Shown here: positions 1-8,069 of the stretch, piece by piece
Position numbering within the stretch: position 1 is the stretch's first letter
Layout of the letters: each line of letters opens with the position of its first letter
Origin: Pseudomonadales bacterium
GTDB lineage: Bacteria > Pseudomonadota > Gammaproteobacteria > Pseudomonadales > Oceanobacteraceae
Length of the DNA: 64,000 nucleotides
Assembly: GCA_963682115.1 (NCBI GenBank)
Contig: OY821639.1
Span: forward strand, 877,846 to 941,845
Direction of reading: 5' to 3'
Notes under the pieces: generated by a model
The model's input: only the letters and a program-made list of their open reading frames with translations
Database searches by the model: none
Told to the model about the DNA's origin: nothing
Translations under genes and position numbers: made by a program

Positions 1-294
1 GTGAAGGAACATCTGCTGCTCACCCGTTACAACCCGGAGCGGGTGGCACGTGGTGAAATGCTCTCGGTACAGGACGTGGAAGATATTCTGGCCATCCCGC
101 TGCTGGGGGTCATTCCGGAATCCGAAGCAGTACTGAAGGCCTCCAACCAGGGTGTGCCTGTGGTCCATGACGCCGACAGCGATGCAGGTCAGGCATACGA
201 CGATGCCGTGTCCCGCTATCTCGGCGAAGACCGCCCACACCGTTTTCTGGATAAGCAGAAAAAAGGATTCCTGAAGCGGGTATTCGGAGGCTGA
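1..294 (+). CDS. minD: Septum site-determining ATPase MinD, C-terminal fragment (5' end lies outside the window)
   Basis: The tail ...[21 protein letters not shown]... ends in the amphipathic membrane-targeting helix [11 protein letters not shown]. minE starts 1 nt downstream. Confidence 0.9.
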   Translation: MKEHLLLTRYNPERVARGEMLSVQDVEDILAIPLLGVIPESEAVLKASNQGVPVVHDADSDAGQAYDDAVSRYLGEDRPHRFLDKQKKGFLKRVFGG

Positions 295-295
295 T

Positions 296-547
296 ATGAG
301 TTTAATGGACTATTTCCGCAAGGAGCAGAAAAGCAGCGCATCCGTTGCCAAAGAACGCCTGCAGATTCTGGTAGCCCATGACCGCGCCCGCAACAGCGGC
401 CCGGACTACCTGCCCCAGCTGCAGGAGGAACTGCTGGCAGTGATCCGCAAATATGTCACCATCGGTGATGAGGATGTGGCCGTCAGCCTCGAACAGCAGG
501 GCACCACATCGGTGCTGGAACTGAACGTCACCCTGCCTGATAAGTAA
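296..547 (+). CDS. minE: Cell division topological specificity factor MinE
   Basis: 83 aa. The N-terminus [30 protein letters not shown] is typical of MinE, and the gene sits immediately after minD. Confidence 0.9.
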   Translation: MSLMDYFRKEQKSSASVAKERLQILVAHDRARNSGPDYLPQLQEELLAVIRKYVTIGDEDVAVSLEQQGTTSVLELNVTLPDK

Positions 548-556
548 TCCCCGTCT

Positions 557-580
557 GGCTGCTGCGGCAGCCTTTCTCTT
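557..580 (+). terminator. Putative intrinsic terminator after minE
   Basis: GGCTGC-TGCG-GCAGCC hairpin followed by the T-rich run TTTCTCTT. Confidence 0.45.
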
Positions 581-643
581 TCCGCTCGAAAAAAGCGGAT
601 TATCAGCTAGACTCAGAGGGTTACTGTCTTTGCCGGAGTCCTT

Positions 644-949
644 ATGAGCAGCATCGCCATTCACCATATTCTGCTGAAAAGCCCGTTACTGGCGGATGAC
701 GTCATGAATGAGCTGAAACTGGGCGCCGAGTTCGGCGAACTGGCGGCGGAATATTCAGCCTGCCCATCGGCCCGTCAGCAGGGCTTTGCCGGTTATCACA
801 ATACCGACCATCTGCCCCAGGCACTGCTGCAGGCGCTGTATGAACATGATGCCGACTCCCCCTATGTCGGCCCGGTACAGACACCCTTTGGCTATCATAT
901 CCTGAAAGCCATTGACCGCCCGGAGCGCACCATGCTGATTGATAACTGA
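644..949 (+). CDS. ppiC: PpiC-type (parvulin) peptidyl-prolyl cis-trans isomerase
   Basis: 101 aa. It has HILLKS..., ...CPS...G.. and FGYHILK motifs collinear with E. coli PpiC. Confidence 0.8.
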   Translation: MSSIAIHHILLKSPLLADDVMNELKLGAEFGELAAEYSACPSARQQGFAGYHNTDHLPQALLQALYEHDADSPYVGPVQTPFGYHILKAIDRPERTMLIDN

Positions 950-962
950 ATTGTTCAGCAAT

Positions 963-988
963 AAAAAACCGGCAGCCGCCGGTTTTTT
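963..988. terminator. Bidirectional rho-independent terminator
   Basis: AAAAAACCGGC-AGCC-GCCGGTTTTTT, a perfect stem flanked by A and T runs, between the convergent ppiC and the 1156..1539 ORF. Confidence 0.75.
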
Positions 989-1155
989 ATTGTCTGTCCG
1001 TCACTGACTAGGCTGAAGCCCCCGTACCCGCTCATACCGCCCATCAGGCCACTACAGGAAATTTTTGTCTGCCAGACATTCATATTACCGGCCCTGCCAG
1101 CCGGACTATCAATGCATATCCATCCAGCATTTATGGATAATTAAGGGCCTGCCGG

Positions 1156-1539
1156 TTACTCAGATAAATGATTTATCAACGCCTGCCCGGCGGACGCAGC
1201 ATGCATCTGGTAACCGGCAATCACGCACTGATAACAGATAACTTCCAGTGTGCGGTCGGAAAATATCATGATCAGATGCTGCTGATCCTCAGCCGCATGT
1301 TCCGACGCCGTGTGCCGGTAAATGCCGGGTTCCAGGCCGTAATCATCACCGGAGTCACTTATCAGCCAGGCGTCTCCGCCACAATCCAGTACCACATACG
1401 ATGGCGGAGCGGACAAAAAATCCCGTGCCTGTTCATACACTATCAATGTGTTCTGTGCATAACGGCCGGAGGTCACCCAGAGGGCCATTTCGCCCGGCAC
1501 CCGGTCATCCGGCAATGGCAATTCAGTCAGCAGCTGCAT
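1156..1539 (-). CDS. Hypothetical acidic protein (127 aa), translationally coupled to the upstream peptidase gene
   Basis: Its ATG overlaps the stop of the 1539..2624 gene (ATGA). Its composition looks more protein-like than the antisense ORF 1168..1557. I recognise no family. Confidence 0.5.
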   Translation of the reverse strand: MQLLTELPLPDDRVPGEMALWVTSGRYAQNTLIVYEQARDFLSAPPSYVVLDCGGDAWLISDSGDDYGLEPGIYRHTASEHAAEDQQHLIMIFSDRTLEVICYQCVIAGYQMHAASAGQALINHLSE

Positions 1540-2624
1540 CAGGCAAGAGGCTCATAATGCCAGAACGGAAACGCCAGTCCGGCCATGGAACACAGTACGT
1601 GGATAAAGGCATCAACGCTGTCCGGCGCGGCGCTCTCGGCCATGGTGTGATAACCCGTGGTCGGAATCTGCAGCGTTGTACCATCCACCAGCCCGTCAGA
1701 GGCGGCAATAATTCGCCCCATTTCAGTACTGCCGAGGGATTTTTCCGCCAGTCCGCGGCTTTTATTTTCTTCATTCTGGCACCGGATATAGTCGTCCTTG
1801 AAACGGTAACTGATGCCCAGCTTATGACATTCCGCCGCCAGCCGGCCGGTCAGCTCGCGGTTAAACGTGGCATTGGCATCACTGTGGCGCAACACCAGCC
1901 GCTGCTGGTCGGCACTGGCCACATCCGCATACGGACTGGTATCCACCACCACCAGCTGGTTGGTTGAACCACCGAAACGGCGGAACCACTCCAGCAGGTA
2001 GCGCCAGCTGCGGCCGGCCTCTTCCTGAGCGGTAAAAAATGCCGTGCCCTGAAAGCCCAGTTCAAACAGATACACCAGCACCGCCGCGGTCAACACGTTA
2101 TCCAGCTGGCCACTGAAACGTCCCTGCTCCAGCCTGAGCTGATCACGGAACGCCACTGGCGTACCAGCCACCAGATGCGCCAGCCCCTGTAATTCAAAAA
2201 TCAGGTTATTACGGTGCGGACAGATATAGGCATTGTCGATCTTACCGTGACCGCGGTAAGCACCGGACCAGGGTTCATAGGCCAGCACATCCACGCCGGT
2301 AAAGCGGTCGACAATGGTTTGCATCAGTTCTTCCGATACCGAGTTACCCAGCAGATCGGAACGCCCGCCGGCGACAAAAGCCGCGTACTGAAATTCATCC
2401 GGCCCGGTGCAGACCAGTCCGTGGCGGTCAATATGGGCTGACAGCATCAGACTCATGGGATCATCACCCTGCGCCACCAGCAGACCTTCATACCAGGTCA
2501 CACGCGCGCCACGCTCTTCCAGTTCACGCTGCAGAACGCGGAAAAAAGAATGCTCAGCCCCCACCACAGACGGGCTGCGGATCAGGCTTTTGAGAATATC
2601 GGTGAAAGAAGTGCGGTCGCTCAT
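1539..2624 (-). CDS. M42/M20-like metallopeptidase family protein (putative aminopeptidase)
   Basis: Start trimmed to MSDRTSF..., where GGGAGG lies 5 nt upstream of the ATG at 2624. The SAHIDRHGL and AQEEAG motifs resemble the metal ligand and catalytic Glu-Glu region of M42/M20 peptidases. Confidence 0.6.
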   Translation of the reverse strand: MSDRTSFTDILKSLIRSPSVVGAEHSFFRVLQRELEERGARVTWYEGLLVAQGDDPMSLMLSAHIDRHGLVCTGPDEFQYAAFVAGGRSDLLGNSVSEELMQTIVDRFTGVDVLAYEPWSGAYRGHGKIDNAYICPHRNNLIFELQGLAHLVAGTPVAFRDQLRLEQGRFSGQLDNVLTAAVLVYLFELGFQGTAFFTAQEEAGRSWRYLLEWFRRFGGSTNQLVVVDTSPYADVASADQQRLVLRHSDANATFNRELTGRLAAECHKLGISYRFKDDYIRCQNEENKSRGLAEKSLGSTEMGRIIAASDGLVDGTTLQIPTTGYHTMAESAAPDSVDAFIHVLCSMAGLAFPFWHYEPLA

Positions 2625-2680
2625 AAAACCTCCCGGCACAGTACAACAGGATGCCGGACAGGCCATCCGCCCGGAACAGA

Positions 2681-2710
2681 GAAAAAGAAAGAGGCCAATG
2701 GCCTCTTTCT
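2681..2710 (-). terminator. Intrinsic terminator after the small ORF 2720..2890
   Basis: 11-bp perfect stem AGAAAGAGGCC-AAT-GGCCTCTTTCT, with TTTTCTCT following on the minus strand. Confidence 0.6.
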
Positions 2711-2719
2711 GATCAGGAT

Positions 2720-2890
2720 TCAGTCCTGATAATCAATATCGAAGCCCAGCATATCACGCAGGCGGGCCTGCTCAAGAATCCGCTCTGCCCGGCGGCGCTT
2801 TTTCTCGTAGTCAGCGGTACGTTTCTGTTTGCGCCGCTGCAGCTGATCATCGAGGTCATCGAATTCGTCGTATTCTTTGCTCTGCCCCAT
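2720..2890 (-). CDS. Small highly charged protein (56 aa), absent from the supplied ORF track; possibly PA3496-like small envelope protein family
   Basis: My own translation is MGQSKEYDEFDDLDDQLQRRKQKRTADYEKKRRRAERILEQARLRDMLGFDIDYQD. A strong SD (GGAGGAGGAT) directly precedes the ATG, and a terminator lies 10 nt after the stop. The family assignment is from memory only. Confidence 0.5.
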   Translation of the reverse strand: MGQSKEYDEFDDLDDQLQRRKQKRTADYEKKRRRAERILEQARLRDMLGFDIDYQD

Positions 2891-3032
2891 ATCCTCCTCC
2901 GATATAAAACGACATGCGACGCCATACTCCCGCCGGCAACCGGCGCCGTAAATCGAAAAATATTTTTCCCGTGGAGAAGTATTTTTTATGGTCGGAGGAT
3001 GACCTGAAAAGCGGATGCCGCTACAATGCGGC

Positions 3033-3195
3033 CTGCTCTTGGGGGAGTAATCTGCTCTGAATTACGTCAGAGCGCCTGCGTCAACAGACTTGAGCCTCAT
3101 GCTCATGGCGCCGGCGACCACAGTCCCGCTGTGGTTTGATGAGACCTGAGACAAACAGCGGAGTGACGAGGGCGGCACTCTGTCGTTTGTCTTTG
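3033..3195 (+). ncRNA. Candidate Mn2+-sensing yybP-ykoY-type riboswitch (5' leader of the UPF0016 gene)
   Basis: A CTTGGGGGAGTAA box at 3038-3050 and a GATGAGACC box at 3138-3146 resemble the two conserved loops of the yybP-ykoY motif. A stem-loop at 3150-3191 is followed by TTT. A sigma70-like promoter (ATGACC-17-TACAAT, -10 at 3022-3027) lies upstream. The downstream gene belongs to a family known to be associated with this riboswitch. Confidence 0.5.
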
Positions 3196-3223
3196 GTTAC
3201 AATAACCCGCCCCCGGATTACTG

Positions 3224-3841
3224 ATGATGATTGACTCTTCTTTCCAGGCGATCACTGACAGCCTGTCTCACTCCGCTGTACTGACCTCCACGGTTGCCGT
3301 GGCCATTGCCGAAATCGGCGATAAAACCCAGTTGCTGTCACTGCTGCTGACGGCAAAATTCCGTAATAAAAGCGCCATTGTCGCCGGCATTCTGGTCGCC
3401 ACCCTGCTCAACCATGCAGTCTCGGCCTGGCTTGGCGTATGGCTGGGAGCCTCCCTCGACAGCTGGCTGAACGGTAATACCGCACGCTGGATACTGGCGG
3501 CAGCCTTCCTGGCCATGGCCGCCTGGGTGCTGATACCGGACAAAGACGATGACAATGCCAATACGCATCAGGCCTGGGGCGCCTTCCTCGCCACTACCCT
3601 GCTCTTCTTCCTAGCCGAAATCGGTGACAAAACCCAGGTTGCCACGGTATTGCTGGCAGCCGAATTTGACTCAGTGATCTGGGTGACTGCCGGTACCACG
3701 CTGGGCATGATGCTGGCCAATGTGCCGGTGGTTATTTATGGCGAACGCCTGATGCAGCGCATGCCTCTCAACCTCGCCCGCTATGGCACCAGCGCAATAT
3801 TCGCCGGTCTTGCCCTGTGGGTAGCGCTGTCCGGCACTTAA
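3224..3841 (+). CDS. UPF0016 (GDT1/TMEM165/MneA-like) family Mn2+/Ca2+ transporter
   Basis: 205 aa polytopic protein carrying the duplicated signature E-x-G-D-K-T (AEIGDKTQ twice). Confidence 0.8.
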   Translation: MMIDSSFQAITDSLSHSAVLTSTVAVAIAEIGDKTQLLSLLLTAKFRNKSAIVAGILVATLLNHAVSAWLGVWLGASLDSWLNGNTARWILAAAFLAMAAWVLIPDKDDDNANTHQAWGAFLATTLLFFLAEIGDKTQVATVLLAAEFDSVIWVTAGTTLGMMLANVPVVIYGERLMQRMPLNLARYGTSAIFAGLALWVALSGT

Positions 3842-3936
3842 TAAGAGTGCAGAATCGAAACGATCAGTATTTTTCGTTTTCCACCTCCCCGGTGATCGGG
3901 TAAAAGGCCCGTTTAAACCGTCACCGGGGTGACGCC

Positions 3937-4602
3937 ATGTTAACTGCTCCAGATCTGAATACCGATGAAGGCCGGGAAACCCTGTTTGAGTCCATTGCTG
4001 CCGGGTTGCAGCAGGATGGCTGCGTGGTCACGACGAATGCCCTGCCGTTGTTGATCTCCTCCGGTCTGCTGCATCGTATTGCCACCCTGCAACACGAAGA
4101 CTTCCGCCACGCCGGCACCGGCCGCGGTCAGGAACATCAGCTCAACCGCTTTGTCCGCCGTGACCGCATCCGCTGGCTTCACCATGAACATCCTGCCGAA
4201 TCGGCCTGGCTGGGCTATATGGCCGCCCTGCAACATTATCTGAACCGGCGCCTGTTTCTTGGCCTGTTCAGCTATGAAGGTCATTTTGCTCATTACAGCC
4301 CGGGGGATTTTTACCGCCGCCATATGGATGCTTTTCAGGGGCAGGCCAACCGCATTCTGACCACAGTGCTGTATCTCAACCCGGACTGGGAAAGCCGTGA
4401 TGGCGGTGAACTGGTGATTTATGAACCCGGTAACCACGATACGGAACTGTGCCGCGTGCGCCCGGCATTCGGCACTCTGGTAACCTTTCTCAGCGAAGAA
4501 TATCCGCACGAAGTACTGCCGGCTCAGCGTAACCGTTACAGTATTGCCGGCTGGTTCCGCCTGAATTCCAGCACCGGTACTATCGCGGATCCGCCACGCT
4601 GA
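3937..4602 (+). CDS. 2OG-Fe(II) oxygenase superfamily protein (prolyl-4-hydroxylase-like)
   Basis: 221 aa with an H-x-D (RRHMDAF) ... H (YPHEV) ... R (RYSIAGWF) facial triad/2OG pattern and the YLNPDW..GGEL motif. Confidence 0.75.
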   Translation: MLTAPDLNTDEGRETLFESIAAGLQQDGCVVTTNALPLLISSGLLHRIATLQHEDFRHAGTGRGQEHQLNRFVRRDRIRWLHHEHPAESAWLGYMAALQHYLNRRLFLGLFSYEGHFAHYSPGDFYRRHMDAFQGQANRILTTVLYLNPDWESRDGGELVIYEPGNHDTELCRVRPAFGTLVTFLSEEYPHEVLPAQRNRYSIAGWFRLNSSTGTIADPPR

Positions 4603-4975
4603 TCCGCAAATACTGTTAAAAACACCAACAACACTGAGAGGGGCCTTCCAGGGGAAATGTGTCATCCCCGCCAGGACGGATGACTGTACACCTGCTGTTC
4701 AGATATCTGTGCAACCGTTAACGTCAGCAGTATATGTCTGTTGTGGCCCCGCCTGAGTCTGACGGAAAACTGCTTCTGCCTGTTGTACTCAGTGCACGGA
4801 TGGATATCTCTGCGGCATTCTCACAATGGCAACCAAAGTATGAACAACGGGGGTAACGCGCCATGAAAACCACAGGGAGATGTCCGGCGCCAGAGACCTC
4901 TGCCATAAAGGCCCGGAAAGCATCAGCCGTATTACTGACCGGGCAATAGCCAGTCTCAGAGGCTGACTTACCGGC

Positions 4976-5008
4976 AATAAAAAGCCGGGACTCCCCGGCT
5001 TTTTATTG
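4976..5008. terminator. Bidirectional rho-independent terminator
   Basis: AATAAAAAGCCGGG-ACTC-CCCGGCTTTTTATT. It lies 12 nt downstream of the sirB2-like stop. Confidence 0.7.
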
Positions 5009-5019
5009 CTTCAGCGCAT

Positions 5020-5394
5020 TCAGAACATCGCCAGCCATGACACCACATCATGCGTTCTGGCCACCCCCAGCACATACAGATAGCTCAGTAGCGCGGCAAA
5101 AAAAGCACGCCGGCTGGCCCGCTTGATAGCGACACTACCAAAACCGATATAGGCGATAAGGCCAATGACTTTCGCCGTCAGCCAGCTGTCGGTGAGCGGG
5201 TACTGCGCAATGCGGATACACAGCAGAATCGCAAAGACCAGCAGCAGAGTATCCAATACGTGTGGCAATATTTTAATGACCCTGTTACGGCGCCATACCG
5301 GGTAAAAATAAAACAGCAGAAAGCGACCAACAAACAAAAGAATTGTCAGGTAAGCCAGACCGGCATGGCTGTGTTTCAGGATGGAATAATCCAC
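5020..5394 (-). CDS. SirB2 (YchQ) family membrane protein
   Basis: 124 aa with four TM helices. The N-terminus ...LKHSHAGLAYLTILLFVGRF resembles the SirB2 family. Confidence 0.65.
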   Translation of the reverse strand: MDYSILKHSHAGLAYLTILLFVGRFLLFYFYPVWRRNRVIKILPHVLDTLLLVFAILLCIRIAQYPLTDSWLTAKVIGLIAYIGFGSVAIKRASRRAFFAALLSYLYVLGVARTHDVVSWLAMF

Positions 5395-5622
5395 GGCATA
5401 TCCTCAGCAATTAACACCCCGCTAAGGGTAAGTTCAGCGCAAAAATTGCAGCGAGCATAACAGGAAGCAGGCCGCCCTTCATCTTTCCTGCCGCCGACTA
5501 CATTCCTGATAAATTCATGAACAAATCAGTGCATACCCAATGCGGCAGTCATAACGGCTTATCACAGCCCGGCAGCAAGGAGTCAGCGTGTTACCGCATC
5601 CCCACAAGGCCTCTGTACAGAG

Positions 5623-6072
5623 TTAATCAGAGGTGCCTTTAACTTCCAGCCAGAAGGTAACCGGGCCATCATTCAGCAGCGAAACCTGCATATCGGCAGC
5701 AAACCGTCCGCAGCCGGTGGTCACCTTCTCTGCCGCGAGGGAAACAAAATAATCGTACAGATTTTCGGCCAGTGCCGGAGCGGCGGCGCAAGAAAATCCC
5801 GGCCGGGTCCCCTTGGCGGTATCCGCCGCCAGAGTGAACTGCGACACCACCAGCAATTCATAGCCACAGTCGAGCAGACTGAGATTCATGCGCCCGGCCT
5901 CGTCAGGGAAAATACGGTAATTCAGAATTTTATTCAGCAGACGGTCAGCCACTGCCTGATCATCGCCTTTCTGTACGCCCAGTAATAACAGAATGCCTCT
6001 GTCTATCTGTCCGGTTACTTCCCCATCCACTTCTACCCGGGCTTCACTGACACGCTGGATCAATCCGATCAT
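5623..6072 (-). CDS. dtd: D-aminoacyl-tRNA deacylase
   Basis: 149 aa. [15 protein letters not shown]...GILLLLGV...SQFTLAADT...GTRPGF...NDGPVTF is collinear with Dtd. Confidence 0.9.
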   Translation of the reverse strand: MIGLIQRVSEARVEVDGEVTGQIDRGILLLLGVQKGDDQAVADRLLNKILNYRIFPDEAGRMNLSLLDCGYELLVVSQFTLAADTAKGTRPGFSCAAAPALAENLYDYFVSLAAEKVTTGCGRFAADMQVSLLNDGPVTFWLEVKGTSD

Positions 6073-6199
6073 AACTGCTCTGCTTATCGGTTGTTGGAAG
6101 CGCCAAGTTTCTCACAGACTGCCGTGAACTTTTATCCCATCCGCCGTGATCGTGATAATCTGGCCGGGTAACGATATTTCCGCAAGCCAAGGTCTCATC

Positions 6200-6718
6200 A
6201 TGAAACATCCTGTAATTGCCCTGTTCTGTCTGCTCAGTCTGTCCGCTCAGGCAACCGAGGTTTATATGTCCCGTGATGCCGACGGTAAGGTGACGTTCAG
6301 CGACAAGCCCGTCACTAATGCCGAGAAACACGAAGTCAAAGAACTGCCGACCGTGCCGGCCTTTGTTGTGCCAAAGCAAGAGGAAAGGCCGGTTAAAACC
6401 ACTGAGCAGGCCTTCTCCTACACCAGCCTGAGTATCATTTCACCGGTCAATGACTCCCAGCTGGAGAGCGGTTATGCCGGTGATCTGCAAATTTCCGGCG
6501 TTCTCAGTCCCGGTCTGCGGGAAACCGATACCCTGCTGCTGCTCGACCGCAACAGCGTTATCCGTGAAGGGCGCCAGACAGCCTTTCTGCTGAAAAACCT
6601 CAGCCGGGGCGAACACATCTTCCAGATGACCGTCAGGGATAAAGACGGCAACAGCCTGATCAGCAGCAACCCGGTGACGGTCCACGTTCACCGGGCTTCC
6701 GTGCTGAAGCGGAACTGA
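6200..6718 (+). CDS. DUF4124 domain-containing secreted protein
   Basis: Start trimmed to MKHPVIALFCLLSLSAQA (signal peptide). The segment VYMSRDADGKVTFSDKP is the DUF4124 hallmark. Its position upstream of ntrBC matches the Pseudomonas-type arrangement. Confidence 0.6.
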   Translation: MKHPVIALFCLLSLSAQATEVYMSRDADGKVTFSDKPVTNAEKHEVKELPTVPAFVVPKQEERPVKTTEQAFSYTSLSIISPVNDSQLESGYAGDLQISGVLSPGLRETDTLLLLDRNSVIREGRQTAFLLKNLSRGEHIFQMTVRDKDGNSLISSNPVTVHVHRASVLKRN

Positions 6719-6896
6719 TGATTCTGCCAGCGCGCCCCAATCTGGCCCTTTACAACCCCAGTAAGCCCTAAATAAGTGCATAAAAAGCTGATATAACCCT
6801 GTTTTAGTGCACGGCTTTGGCAGGCTCGGTGATGGGTGTCCCCTTTAGCACCACGGCAATGGCCTGCCAGCGCTAATATTGTGCATCACTCGATTA

Positions 6897-6912
6897 TGGC
6901 TCATTTTTTGCT
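6897..6912 (+). promoter_or_regulatory. Candidate sigma54 (-24/-12) promoter for ntrBC
   Basis: TGGCTC-ATTTT-TTGCT matches TGGCAC-N5-TTGCW with exact spacing, 76 nt upstream of the ntrB ATG. Four TGCA(C) half-site-like motifs lie at 6777-6887. Confidence 0.4.
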
Positions 6913-6987
6913 GTTATCCGGTCGTAATATGCCTTATCACACCGCCGAGCCCGGTGCGGATTAACCAGGCAGCAAACGGAGACCTGA

Positions 6988-8067
6988 ATGCTCGCCAGCC
7001 CGATTATCAACCAACGCCTGCTGGAACACCTGAATACCGGGGTTCTGCTGCTTGACGCTGACCTGACGGTTCAGTACGTCAACCCGGCCGCTGAAGCACT
7101 GCTCGAAATGAGCGGCAAGCGCTGCCTTGGGGTGCCTTTCTACGAGCTCGCGCGGGAGTCGTCAGAAGAATCGGTTGATGCGATGGAGCAGGCCATCATT
7201 ACCGGCCATTCCTACACCAAGCGCGAAGCGACCATGCAGCTGCATAATCAGCAGCAGATCACGCTGGATTACAGCGTCAGCCCGGTTTCCCATCCGGAAA
7301 CACGCCTGCCCAGCCTGCTGCTGGAACTGCAGGGCCGGGACCGGCTGATGCGCATCAGCCGTGAAGAGCAGCTGATCGCCAAACAGGAAACTACCCGCTC
7401 ACTGGTACGGGGGCTGGCGCACGAGATCAAAAATCCGCTCGGTGGTATCCGCGGTGCGGCGCAGTTACTGGAACGGGAACTGCCATCAACCGATCTGAAG
7501 GAATACACCAACATTATTATTGAAGAGGCTGACCGTCTGCGTGACCTGGTCGACCGCCTGCTGGGACCGCGTCATATTCCGAAACAGGAAGTGGTGAATA
7601 TCCACGAAGTTCTGGAGCGTGTGTGCCAGCTGATTGAAGTCGAATCGCAGGGCCAGATTGAACTGATCCGTGATTACGACCCATCCATTCCGGAACTGGA
7701 AGCCGATAAGGGCCAGCTGATCCAGGCCCTGCTGAATATCTGCCGCAATGCCATGCAGGCCATGCTGGAAGCCCGGCCGGCAGTTGAACACCCGACCCTC
7801 ACCCTGCGCAGCCGTACGGTGCGCCAGTTTACCATTGGCCATCAGCGTCACCGTCTGGTTGCTCAGATCGACATCACAGATAACGGCCCGGGCATTCCGC
7901 CGGAGCTGCGTGAGAACCTGTTTTATCCGATGGTCAGCGGCCGGGCCGACGGTACCGGACTCGGGCTGTCCATCTCGCAATCCATTATTAATCAGAAAAA
8001 CGGGATTATTGAGTTCACCAGCTCGCCCGGTAAAACCGTCTTCTCAATCTATTTACCATTGGAATAA
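6988..8067 (+). CDS. ntrB: Nitrogen regulation sensor histidine kinase NtrB
   Basis: 359 aa with an N-terminal PAS domain, the H-box LAHEIKNPLGGIRGAAQLL, and N/G boxes (NICRNAMQAM, DNGPGIP, GTGLGLS). Confidence 0.9.
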   Translation: MLASPIINQRLLEHLNTGVLLLDADLTVQYVNPAAEALLEMSGKRCLGVPFYELARESSEESVDAMEQAIITGHSYTKREATMQLHNQQQITLDYSVSPVSHPETRLPSLLLELQGRDRLMRISREEQLIAKQETTRSLVRGLAHEIKNPLGGIRGAAQLLERELPSTDLKEYTNIIIEEADRLRDLVDRLLGPRHIPKQEVVNIHEVLERVCQLIEVESQGQIELIRDYDPSIPELEADKGQLIQALLNICRNAMQAMLEARPAVEHPTLTLRSRTVRQFTIGHQRHRLVAQIDITDNGPGIPPELRENLFYPMVSGRADGTGLGLSISQSIINQKNGIIEFTSSPGKTVFSIYLPLE

Positions 8068-8069
8068 TT

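Noticed and set aside
2713-2925. 70-aa track ORF on the minus strand
   Set aside because: Its sequence is implausible (Cys/Ser/Arg-rich) and it has no SD. It is replaced by the 56-aa ORF in a different frame (2720..2890), which has a strong SD and a terminator.
3940-4665. 241-aa minus-strand ORF
   Set aside because: It is antisense to the 2OG-Fe(II) oxygenase gene. The plus frame carries the HxD...H...R signature and the minus frame carries none.
4603-4975. Possibility that the non-coding tract is RNase P RNA, tmRNA or 6S RNA
   Set aside because: I checked by eye on both strands for the universally conserved blocks: GGAAAGTCCGGGC and ACAGAACCCGGCTTA for RNase P, and a tRNA-like GGGGCTGA...CCACCA end plus tag ORF for tmRNA. 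None is present, so the tract remains unassigned.
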